Shown one piece after another: positions 17,354 through 33,060 of a stretch of 64,000 nt of DNA (the stretch's first letter is position 1; each line of letters starts with the position of its first letter). Source of the stretch: the human T2T-CHM13v2.0 reference genome, Homo sapiens; assembly GCF_009914755.1 (NCBI RefSeq), contig NC_060925.1; one strand, 5' to 3'. Under the pieces are notes generated by a model. That model was not told where the DNA came from, made no database searches, and saw only the letters and a list, made by a program, of their open reading frames with translations. Position numbers and translations under genes: made by a program.

Positions 17354-18058
17354 TACTGAGCATGGTGGCTCACACCTGTAATCTCAATGCTTTGAGAGGC
17401 CAAGGCCAGAGGATCACTTGAGGCCAGGAGTTCAAGACCAACCTGAGCAACATAGCGAGACCCCATCTGATATGGTTTGGCTCTGTGTTCCCACCCAAAT
17501 CTCACCTCAAATTGTAATAATTCCCATGTGTTAAGAGCGAGACCAGGTGGAGATAATTGAATCATGGTGGCAGTTTCCTCTATGCTGTTCTCATGATAGT
17601 GACTTCTCATGAGATCTGATGGTTTTATAAGGGGCTTCCCCCTTTTCTCAGCACTCATCCTCCCTCCTGCTGCCCTGCGAAGAGGTGCTTTCTGCCATGA
17701 TTGTCAGTTTCCTGAGGCCTTCACAGCTATGCGGAACTATGAGTCAATTAAACCTCTTTTCTTTATAAATTACCCAGTCTTGGGTATTTCTTCATAGCAG
17801 CATGAAAACAGACTAATACAGTAAATTGGTACCAGGAGTAGTGGATCACTGCTGAAAACATACCCAAAAAATGAAAATAAAAAATTAGCCAGACATGATG
17901 GCATGCTCCTGAGGTCTAGCTATTCAGGAGGCTAAGGCAGGAGGATCGCTTGAGCCCAGAAGTTTGAGGTTACAGTGAGCTATGATTGTGCCACTGCACT
18001 GTAGCCTGGGTGACAGGGTGAGACTTTGTCTCTAAAAAAGTGAAATTAAAAAAAAGAA
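17354..18058 (+). mobile_element. AluJ split by a THE1 insertion (left arm 17354-17467, right arm ~17871-18058)
   Basis: Left arm ends gagaccccatc; right arm resumes aaaaaattagccagacatgatggc...gagactttgtctct plus A tail. Confidence 0.9.
17468..17870 (+). mobile_element. THE1 (THE1C-like) MaLR LTR 17468-17820 plus ~50 bp of THE1 internal sequence
   Basis: tgatatggtttggctctgtg...gactaataca termini (TG...CA), TATA ttttataagg, followed by the THE1-int start gtaaattggtaccag. Confidence 0.9.
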
Positions 18059-19344
18059 AGACTCCATAAATGACATTTTAAAGGGAAAAAATGTTTATGA
18101 CAATTATATTGTATATTCAAACAAAATGTATTCTTATTTCATAACCAATGAAAATCTGTGTTGACTGGAAAAGAGATTAATTATGGTCACTGAGAAGCAG
18201 AATGTAAAGCATTATTTGCAGGAAAAGAAAGCCTAGTTTCCTTTACATGCCACTCACATATTGGTATTTTCTCATTATTAGAACTTACATTTTTTTAAGT
18301 TCAGAGTTTTAAAATTCCCCAGAGACTTCTGCAAAACCTGAACCATCATTGAGTAATCCATCAAAAATCCAGAGGCATTAAAAGTTCCATGACTAATATG
18401 TGTGAAATGTTTGAAGATGAAACTCTCTTTTGTAATTATAGACCGCAGAATGTGGAATAGTTTCTGCCGTTTGAATTACCTACCTGAGGATACTACTTGA
18501 AAGTTCTATCTTCCGTAAATAACAGTCAGCCTGTTATAGAAGACAGGCAGTGTTTTCATACCTGGAATAGAAATTATTTTAGAATCATTTCCATGCAACA
18601 TTTTTTCATTATTACTAAGATCTGGTGACTATGAAAGGGAGTAAACTTACACAGCTGGCTCTTTTCAGACAGAGAGATTCAATTTATTCTTGTTCCAATA
18701 CTGTAGGAAAATAAAAAGGTTAAAATTACCTTTTGGATTCAATGTGATATTTTCCCTAGATACCTAAACAAATGGAAGACAGGCAGCTTTCCCAGCTTTG
18801 GAATAGGGGACAGTAAGGGATTTCCCTTGTAGCGTGTTGTGTTTTATCTGAAATCTGGCCCTTTTCTGTAATTAAAAAAGGGATTTAGGTACTGAATTTA
18901 ATCCTTTAAATGGCCAATATCTTGTAACTTTTCCAGATATTTCCCTGGTTCATCAAGAGGCAAGAGACTTACTTTAATTCTGATCTAATATGTACCTGCC
19001 TTTTAATTATGTGCTAAAACAATTTGGGAGATGGGATGGTTTGGTACAAACTTGCTCCTGCTGTGGAAATGGTGACTTGGTTGATCTAGGTTCTGGTCCA
19101 GAAATGTGCAGGTTTGGGTTTGTTTTTTTTTTTTCAATTATTATACTTTAAGTTTTAGGGTACATGTGCACATTGTGCAGGTTAGTTACATATGTATACA
19201 TGTGCCATGCTGGTGCGCTGCACCCACTAACTCATCATCTAGCATTAGGTATATCTCCCAATGCTATCCCTCCCCCCTGCCCCCACCCCACCACAGTCCC
19301 CAGAGTGTGATATTCCCCTTCCTGTGTCCATGTGATCTCATTGT

Positions 19345-23238
<3,894 letters not shown>

Positions 23239-23554
23239 TAAAGTCTGTTTTATCAGAGACTAGGATTGCAACCCCTGCCTTTTTTTGTTTTCCTTTGGCT
23301 TGGTAGATCTTCCTCCATCCTTTTATTTTGAGCCTATGTGTGTCTCTGCACGTGAGATGGGTTTCCTGAATACAGCACACTGATGGCTCTTGACTCTTTA
23401 TCCAATTTGCCAGTCTGTGTCTTTTAATTGGAGCATTTAGTCCATTTACATTTAAAGTTAATATTGTTATGTGTGAATTTGATCCTGTCGTTATGATGTT
23501 AGCTGGTTCTTTTGCTCATTAGTTGATGCAGTTTCTTCCTAGTCTCGATGGTCT

Positions 23555-24570
23555 TTACATTTTGGCATGATTTTGCAGCGGCTGGTACTGGTTGTTCCTT
23601 TCCATGTTTAGCGCTTCCTTCAGGAGCTCTTGTAAGGCAGGCCTGGTGGTGACAAAATCTCTCAGCATTTGCTTGTCTGTAAAGGATTTTATTTCTCCTT
23701 CACTTATGAAGCTTAGTTTGGCTGGATATGAAATTCTGGGTGGAAAATTCTTTTCTTTAAGAATGTTGAATATTGGCCCCCACTCTCTTCTGGCTTGTAG
23801 GGTTTCTGCCGAGAGATCTGCTGTTAGTCTGATGGGCTTCCCTTTGAGGGTAACCCGACCTTTCTCTCTGGCTGCCCTTAACATTTTTTCCTTCATTTCA
23901 ACTTTGGTGAATCTGACAATTATGTGTCTTGGAGTTGCTCTTCTCGAGGAGTATCTTTGTGGCGTTCTCTGTATTTCCTGAATCTGAACGTTGGCCTGCC
24001 TTGCTAGATTGGGGAAGTTCTCCTGGATAATATCCTGCAGAGTGTTTTCCAACTTGGTTCCATTCTCCCCATCACTTTCAAGTACACCAATCAGACGTAG
24101 ATTTGGTCTTTTCACATAGTCCCATATTTCTTGGAGGCTTTTCTCATTTCTTTTTATTCTTTTTTCTCTAAACTTCCCTTCTCACTTCATTTCATTCATT
24201 TCATCTTCCATCGCTGATACCCTTTCTTCCAGTTGATCGCATCAGCTCCTGAGGCTTCTGCATTCTTCACGTAGTTCTCGAGCCTTGGTTTTCAGCTCCA
24301 TCAGCTCCTTTAAGCACTTCTCTGTATTGGTTATTCTAGTTATACATTCTTCTAAATTTTTTCAAAGTTTTCAACTTCTTTGCCTTTGGTTTGAATGTCC
24401 TCCCGTAGCTCAGAGTAATTTGATCGTCTGAAGCCTTCTTCTCTCAGCTCGTCAAAGTCATTCTCCATCCAGCTTTGTTCCGTTGCTGGTGAGGAACTGC
24501 GTTCCTTTGGAGGAGGAGAGGCGCTCTGTGTTTTAGAGTTTCCAGTTTTTCTGTTCTGTTTTTTCCCCAT
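23555..24570 (-). pseudogene. L1 ORF1 (disrupted)
   Basis: MGKKQNRKTGNSKTQSASPPPKERS...; 1-nt deletion in the A-run (24357-24362) and CGA>TGA stops at 24242-24244 and 24182-24184. Confidence 0.93.
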
Positions 24571-25475
24571 CTTTGTGGTTTTATCTACTTTTGGTCTTTG
24601 ATGATGGTGATGTACAGATGGGTTTTCGGTGTGGATGTCCTTTCTGTTTGTTAGTTTTCCTTCTAACAGGCAGGACCCTCAGCTGCAGGTCTGTTGGAAT
24701 ACCCTGCCGTGTGAGGTGTCAGTGTGCCCCTGCTAGGGGGGTGCCTCCCAGTTAGGCTGCTCGGGGGTCAGGGGTCAGGGACCCACTTGAGGAGGCAGTC
24801 TGCCCGTTCTCAGATCTCCAGCTGCGTGCTGGGAGAACCACTGCTCTCTTCAAAGCTGTCAGACAGGGACATTTAAGTCTGCAGAGGTTACTGCTGTCTT
24901 TTTGTTTGTCTGTGCCCTGCCCCCAGAGGTGGAGCCTACAGAGGCAGGCAGGCCTCCTGGAGCTGTGGTGGGCTCCACCCAGTTCGAGCTTCCTGGCTGC
25001 TTTGTTTACCTAATCAAGCCTGGGCAATGGCGGGCGCCCCTCCCCCAGCCTCGCTGCCGCCTTGCAGTTTGATCTCAGACTGCTGTGCTAGCAATCAGCG
25101 AGACTCCGTGGGGTAGTACCCTCCAAGCCAGGTGCGGGATATAATCTGGTGGTGCGCCATTTTTTAAGCTGGTCCGAAAAGCGCAATATTCAGGTGGGAG
25201 TGACCCGATTTTCCAGGTGCGTCTGTCACCCCTTTCTTTGACTCAGAAAGGGAACTCCCTGACCCTTGCGCTTCCCAAGTGAGGCAATGCCTCGCCCTGC
25301 TTCGGCTCGCGCACGGTGCGCACACCCACTGACCTGCACCCACTGTCTGGCACTCCCTAGTGAGATGAACCCGGTACCTCAGATGGAAATGCAGAAATCA
25401 CCCGTCTTCTGCGTCGCTCACGCTGGGAGCTGTAGACCGGAGCTGTTCCTATTCAGCCATCTTGGCTCCTCCTCT
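24571..25475 (-). promoter_or_regulatory. L1PA2 5'UTR: sense promoter (-) and antisense promoter (+, facing the right flank)
   Basis: Complete CpG-rich 5'UTR with YY1 site; the L1 antisense promoter is established for this family. Confidence 0.7.
25027..25116 (+). pseudogene. L1 ORF0 truncated at 29 codons
   Basis: MAGAPPPASLPPCSLISDCCASNQRDSVG*; a 1-nt deletion creates TAG at 25114-25116. Confidence 0.85.
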
Positions 25476-25485
25476 CAGGTTTGGG

Positions 25486-26080
25486 TTTTTTATGATGGTA
25501 AAATATACATATTATAAAATGTATCACTTTAATTGTTTTTAAGTGTACAATTCAGTGGCATTAAGTACACTCACATTGTTGTGCAACCAATACCACTATC
25601 CACATGCAGAACTTTATTCTCATCCCAAATTGAAACTCCACACTCATTAAACAGTAGCTGTCCATTTCCCTCTTCTCTCAGCCCTTGGTAACCACTATTC
25701 TAGTTTCTGTCTCTGTGAGTTTAACTATTCTGGGTACCTCATATACATGAAATCATACAGCGTTTGTCCTTTTCGATCTGGATTGTTTCATTGAGCATGT
25801 TTTCAAGGTTCAGCAATGTTGTAGTTTGAATCAGAATTTCATTCCCTTTCAAGGCTAAATATGTTCTACTCCATGTTATACACATTTTGTTTATCCATTC
25901 CTCCATTGATGGGCATTTGGGTTGTTTCCAACATTTGGCTTTTGAGAAGAAAGATGCTATTGACATTGGTATACAAAATTTCTTTGAGCCCATGCTTTCA
26001 GTTTGTTCTATATATCTCTAGAAGTGAATTGCTGGATGATATGGTAACTCTATGTTTAATTTATTGAGGAATTATCATTC
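25486..26080 (-). mobile_element. L1MB-like 3' end
   Basis: tggtaaaatatacat...aagtgtacaattcagtggcattaagtacactcacattgttgtgcaacc; the L1PA2 inserted into its tail. Confidence 0.85.
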
Positions 26081-26095
26081 TATAGAAATGTGTCG

Positions 26096-26579
26096 TTTTT
26101 TTTTGTTGTTGTTGTTGTTTTATTTGTTTGTTGAGACAGGGTCTTCTTCTGTTGCCCAGGCTAGGCTTCAGTGGCATGATCACAGCTCACTGCAGCCTTG
26201 ACCTCCTAGGCCCAAGCAATACTACCACTTTAGCCTCCCAAGTAGCTGGGACTACAGGTGCATGCCACTACACCCGGCTAATTTTTTTTTTTTTTTTTTT
26301 TTTGAGACAGAGTCTCACTCTGTCACCCAGGTGTGATCTCGGCTCACTGCAACCTCTGCTGCCCAGGTTCAAGTGATTCTCCTGCCTCCGCCTCCTGAGT
26401 AGCTGAGATTACAGGCGCCAGCCACCACGCCTGGCTAATTTTTGTAGTTTTTTATTTTTTAGTAGAGACAGGATTTCACCATATTGCCCAGGCTGGTCTC
26501 AAACTCCTGAGCTCAAGCAGTTTGCCCACCTCAACCTCCAAAGTGCTGGAATTACAGGCATGGACCACCATGCCAGGCC
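26096..26579 (-). mobile_element. Three-arm Alu composite (AluJ with an extra AluS-type right arm in its linker)
   Basis: J-type right arm 26096-26281, T-run plus S-type right arm ~26282-26447, J-type left arm ~26450-26579. Confidence 0.8.
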
Positions 26580-26645
26580 AGAATGTATAGTTCTTAATCA
26601 GCATTCCAGGTGATGTTATGATCAGATAATTTGAGAAACATTTAT

Positions 26646-27130
26646 TTGTCAGTTACCTATTGCTATGCAACCAACCACTCCAAACAATTAGTAGCTTACA
26701 ACAACAACCATTTATTTAGCTCACAATTATACTGGGTGGCTCTTCTGGCCTGGGCTGGGTTTGTCTGGTCTCTGTTGGCCTAGCTCATGTTTCTGTGGTC
26801 ATTTGGCTGGTCTTTTGGGTGCTGGCTGTTCTCAGATGGCCTCAGTCATATATCCAGTGGTTGCTTGGCTATAGGCTGAAGCAATGGCGTGACTAGGCCT
26901 AGAACCTTTCCTTGTTTAGTAAGCTAACCCCAGCTTGCTCCCAGGGTGGCAGGGTCCCAAGAACAGCAAGAGAGCAAGCTCCAGTGCATAAGCTCTTTTC
27001 AAGTCTTTGCCTATATTATGTTTGCTTGTCCTGTTGGGCAGAGCAAGTCACCTGGCCAAGCCCAGTGTCAGTATAGAGGGCACTACCAAATGGTGTGGAC
27101 ACAGCGAGGCAGAAAAAGAGCTGAGACCAT
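26646..27130 (-). mobile_element. MLT1-family MaLR LTR
   Basis: tgtcagttacctattgctatgcaaccaaccactccaaac...ttacaacaacaaccatttatttagctcacaatt. Confidence 0.7.
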
Positions 27131-27313
27131 TACTATTATTATTCCACCACAACTTAACTGCTTGATTCAGTATTCTGACGTGAACTCAGGGTTATCTGAA
27201 AACTTTCTCCTGCCGTAATAAATCTGTGAATGGAGCATAATCATGTCTGAAGTTGCATAGAGCCCTCTGAACCACATGCCCCAGCACCTCTGCAACGCTC
27301 TCCATTTGAGGGT

Positions 27314-27440
27314 TCATTCATTAATTTAATAAATACTTATTGTGAATCTACTCGTGTCTGGAACTCTTCTAGGACCTGGGTATACAGCTATTGACAAAAT
27401 AGTCCAAGTTCCTCTTCTCCAGGGACTTACATTCTACTGC
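27314..27440 (-). mobile_element. L2 3' end
   Basis: ttcattcattaatttaataaatacttattg...cttacattcta. Confidence 0.7.
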
Positions 27441-27699
27441 AGGTGGAAAAGTTTTAGGAGTGAGAATAAATGTTTGGATCCCTAGCACATATTCAGGAGG
27501 TTTTGTGGTTGTCATTGTTTAAAGAGGAAGAAGTTTGAAGAATGTTCTTTATTCCCTATTCTTCACCACTATGTGCTTTTACTAATATTTGAGTAGAGAA
27601 AAATATTTTGGTTAATTAGAATTTCCAGGTATTTAAATGCCAGAAGGCAGATGCAAACCTGTGGGAGGATATTAGGATTGACTTTTAACTTGTAATCCT

Positions 27700-27773
27700 T
27701 ATAGCTTGGTGCAGAAGTAACCGTGGCTTGCCGTAAGGGCAAAAGCCACAATTACTTTTGCACCAACCTAATA
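27700..27773. mobile_element. MADE1 (Hsmar1-derived MITE)
   Basis: ta-tagcttggtgcagaagtaa...caattacttttgcaccaacctaa-ta; palindromic with TA flanks. Confidence 0.9.
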
Positions 27774-28249
27774 CAAGACTGATGGATTCGCTTCTCACTT
27801 CCTTTATGCTTTCTGCAAGGCTTTGTGGCTAAGACTTTTGGCCCCATAGCTACCTGAGGGAGGGCTACTGATCTTTACAGCTCAAAGGGCACTGAAGAGT
27901 CACATCCAGCTGAGCAGTGATGGATGGCTACAACAGACATTTTCTTTGGATACTTCTTTATTTTATTATTATTATTATGTGTGTTTAATCCTATGGGAGT
28001 AGACCAGCATTCTATATTTTTAAAGTAGCACTAGTTTGTTGGAAAATTTGACTTTTATAAACTGAAAGTGTATGTCATCAGTACCTGGAGATGAGATGGG
28101 TTTAATGTCCAGCTGGTGCTCAGAGGGGCTGGGACTCTCTGCATGGGTTAGTTTGCCAGCTAAAACTCACTTCATGCACAAGAGCTTTCATTGAACAACA
28201 GTCAAGCTTTGCTTCAGGGTAAGCAGGTATTTCAGTGGGGGAGAATTAG

Positions 28250-28926
<677 letters not shown>

Positions 28927-30172
28927 TGAGAAAAAGACATTTATGAAACTGATTTGCCATTTGTGTGTAGCCAGTCAGGAATTCCTACTTGGGCTCTTGG
29001 CCACTATTTGAGCAACTTTTCTGTAACACTGAACCATAGAAGCAGCCCATCCACCACCACCACAACAATAAAAACTAGCACTTCACACACTAGCACCTTA
29101 CCTGGAATGATTTTAGAGGTGTTAGAGAGCCCCAGAATATCTCCTGTGTAACTTTCCACCAGACTTTATGGACGAGCCAACTACCAAGCTGTAAATTGAT
29201 TGAATCTTGTATTTTCCTCTTTGGACTTAGCTGGGCCCAGTGAGAGTTTGGTTGAGAGTAGATTTTGGTGGATGGGAACAGGAGTTTCATGAGGTAAGAG
29301 GAGAAGAGAGAGAGAATTTTTGTTCATGGGTATAGGAGCCATGTAAGTTGTATAATTTCACTATAAACATGGCACGCAGGGAGAGGGTGAATTGTGCCCA
29401 GGTAGGCAGGGGAAATTGCAAGGCTTTGGTGTTGGGGAGAGCACAGAGATAAAGAAATTACGGGTAGGAGAGGGATCCAAAGGGGAAATGAAGGAGAGTG
29501 AAAGGCAAACTTTTCAGCTGAGTTACATGAGCGACATCAACTATAACACAAGGTGGAAAAATCCCATCTTCCTGTCCTCCCCCATGTGACAAGAAGCTGA
29601 TCTGCCTTCTTGGATTTATTTCCTTCTGGGGCTGTATTTCTCTCCTTGCGCTTTGTCTCACCTCCTACCTTGTTATAGGCGATCTTTCTCCCCCTGAGGA
29701 AATCATAATTCTATCACTGTGGAAATTGAAGTGTCTTCAGCTTTCTTACCAGTCTTAGAGTATTTTCTTAGGCCAAATTGCCAATTTCCTCTTTTATGGA
29801 AAATACTAAAATACTTTTTTTTAATAGAGTGACCTTGATCCTTTCCCATTTGCTATTCTTTCCAATTTCTAGACTGGAGCTAGAAAAATTGAATGAAGTT
29901 GTCAGCCTAGTGGCAATAACCACATTAAAATGTTTCTCTGAAAGTCTTTGGAGCAGAGTCCTTGGGCATTTTTACCAGTGACCATCCATGAAGTGACAGC
30001 ACTATAGACACAGGGTTTTGTGTCCAGAGAACTTTCCACCAGCCCTTCTGGTATGATTTACTGTGTCTGTCTTATCCAGGCCCTAACACAGGGCTTGGAG
30101 CACAATCAGTGATCAATAAGTGTTAACTCAGTGATAGGGCAGATGGTCATTGATTTAAAAATAACAACCTTG

Positions 30173-30480
30173 GGCCGGGCAGTGGTTTACACCTGTAATC
30201 CCAGCACATTGGGAGGCCGAGGCGGGCAGATTACCTGAGGTAAGGTGGTCGAGACCAGCCTGACCAACATGGTGAAACCCCATCTCTACTAAAAATACAA
30301 AAATTAGCCAGGTGTGGTGGCACACACTTGTAATCTCACCTACTCAGGGGGCTGAGGCAGGAGAATTGCTTGAGCCTGGGAGACAGAGGTTGCAGTGAAC
30401 CAAGATCGTGCCACTGCACTCCAGCCTGGGCGACAGAGCAAGACTCTGTCTCAAAAAAATAAAAATAAAAATAAAAATAA
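30173..30480 (+). mobile_element. AluS
   Basis: Full dimer with (AAAAAT)n tail and partial TSD aaccttg. Confidence 0.93.
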
Positions 30481-31622
30481 CCTTGCCTCGTACTGTTGGG
30501 GTACACACTTCCAAGCAGTGACCCTTGGCAGCTCTGGGAAGCTCTGAGACGTGTTCTTCCTTGGAGTAGTCCCTCTCAGCCTGCGACACTGTCCATCTAA
30601 ATCTGTGGCACAGGTTCTCCAACTCTAGGAGGCCAGGAGGCGCTATGTCTGACAATCGTTTGACCCTGTGGCTCCAGGACACCCCAGCACTCTGGACTAA
30701 ACACACTGCACCACTCCTCTCCTTAAAGATCTTAAGGATTGTGCTCTAATTAGTTTGGAAATGGAATTTCTTAGACTATTTCTAAAAGCAGCTGCAGCCT
30801 GGGGACAAATTGACTAAATTCACCAGTTCTCCTGAAAATGATATTTGAAAGGAAAGTTGAGCTGCTTCTATCTTCCCAGAGAAATCTACATGTCATTCAG
30901 ATGTTGGAGACCCTCAAGAGGCAGAAATGTCTTCATCCCCTGCCGTTTGGGTACTGACTAAAACCGTTGATCCTTTTCCTTGAAGTCTGAGGTTCTGCTG
31001 TTGGCCTCTGAAAAGCAGGGGACAGAATATTCTGGCAGACTCTGGCAAGTAGATGACCCCTTGCTGGGAGTAAGCTTCAGCCTTTTCCAAGGTCTGCCAC
31101 AACAGAAGCAGTAACATGAGAGCGGCACTCAGTAGGACAATGACGATGAGGCTAATGAGAGCTTTTGGCCGTGAGAAACACTGCCTCCCCAAGCAGCATT
31201 CAGATATGTAGAAACGGTCTTGTTTTACGTGCCTTGGTGCCTCGGGCCTGTACAAAGTCACCAACACATTCAAACTGGAGTGGAGAATTGGGGATTTAAA
31301 AATGTGATTGCTGAAGGCAGCACCATCTTAACCCCTGGAGTCATCGAGTGCTCATTTGCTGCTAGGGGACAGAAAAGCCATTAGAGATATTCCCTGGGTA
31401 TGTAGCCCAGTTATTTTTGTTTTTTAACATATATCCCAAGTGATTCAAGAGCATGACAAGGTTTGGGAATTACAGTCCTTGAGCACAATCTCCCATTGGT
31501 ACTTTACAAGGTTATACTTTAGACTAATTGAACTTGTTTTATTTTTATTTTATCTGTAATGATATTTGATATTCATTTTGTATATAAAATAATTTTGTTT
31601 TTATATTTTGTATATGTAGTAT

Positions 31623-31844
31623 GTAGTACAACATAATTATTTTGTTAGTAATATTTTTATTTTATAATATAGTGATAATGATAATACAGTAACTGCATAT
31701 AAGTACTTATATACAAGATATTGTTCTATTGTAATACAATATAATCATTTTGATAGTAACATTTTTATTTTGTAATATAGTGATAATGATAATAATATAG
31801 TAACTGTATGTAAGTACTACTTATTATATACAAGATATTGTTCT
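31623..31844. repeat. Two-copy ~108-bp AT-rich tandem duplication
   Basis: Both copies share atatagtgataatgataata...tatatacaagatattgttct. Confidence 0.85.
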
Positions 31845-32055
31845 GAATGCTTTTACATACATTATCGCAATTAATCTTCACAATGACTTTTTGAAGGAGG
31901 TGGTATTAGTAACATCATTTTACAGATGAGAAAAGACAGGCACAAAGAAGCTAAATGATTTGCCCAAGGTTCCATAGCGGTCAAGTGGTGGAGCTTGAAT
32001 TTATACCCAGACCTGGCGATTCTTAGGTCTGAGACTTTTAACTACCACACTGTGC
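31790..32055 (-). mobile_element. MIR
   Basis: cattttacagatgagaaaagacaggcacaaagaagctaaatgatttgcccaaggt. Confidence 0.8.
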
Positions 32056-32699
32056 TGATCCAAGTGGCCTGAAGCTTTACAAAATTTGATTAGAGAGAGT
32101 TGCATCACTAGGAAACAGAGAGATATAAGAAGTCTGTGGGAAGGGAAAGAAAGATGCCTTCTCTGCAGAAATAATGTTTAAGAGTTTTTTAAGCCTTAAG
32201 TAAATTAGACCATCTGTTTGTGGCCAGGAACATACTCAGTGGAATAATGTCCCAGCCAATAGAAAAATAGACTTTGCAGAACCCCAGCAGTCAGTTGCTG
32301 ACATGAGTATGGAATCCACAGGAATTCCAGGTTACTCCTTGCTCCGGAAATAAGGAAAAGCACTAATATGAAGTAGATCTTGGCTTCACCCAACCTGGGA
32401 GTGGGAGGAAGTCTGCCTCTGAACGCCAGAAAAAACCTAGGGATAGTAGGGGACACGAAATGCAAGCAGATTCCTCAAATCTCCACTTGAAAGCTAGAAA
32501 GCTTCACTATGTATTCTGCACTGACAGGGAAAGACAGGTCCTAATTGGATCGACTGATCCTTCTCTTGGTGGGAGAGGCCTTGGCCTTTGTGAACCAAGG
32601 AAGAGATTTTTATGACAAACTTTTCTAGATGCTTTTTAGCTGAAGTTAAAGAAGATTATGGGTGAATTAGAAAAGGGATTTATAATAGAACTTTGGATT

Positions 32700-33060
32700 A
32701 ATTTATTCATTCATAAACATTTATTGGGTGCTTTGGCTGAATTAGGCAGTACTCTAGGGGATACAGGAATGAAGAAAAAAATGGTTCGTTCCCAAGAATC
32801 TTACAACTGAGTGGTGGAGACAGACAGCAAAACCAGCAACAGCTTAATGTGGTGTTTCCATAGACATGTTTGAGAATTCCTATGGTCTATCAGGCAAGGG
32901 CACTTTAAACTTCTTAAGGGTTGGGAAAGTCAAGTGCAAAAAAGCCCCCAAAGAAGGAGGCTTTGCATTATGTCACAAAGTAGTTGCAGTTACCCAGGCT
33001 GATATGCAAAGACCTCCCTGGCAGAAGGAGCAGTGTGTGCACAAGAGGACAGAAGGCAAG
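32700..33060 (-). mobile_element. L2 3' region
   Basis: ttattcattcataaacatttattgggtgc...cttacaactgagtggtggagacagac. Confidence 0.7.

Noticed and set aside
30914-31273. 119-aa ORF with a transmembrane-like hydrophobic stretch
   Set aside because: No recognisable family and no exon structure; ORFs of this length are expected by chance
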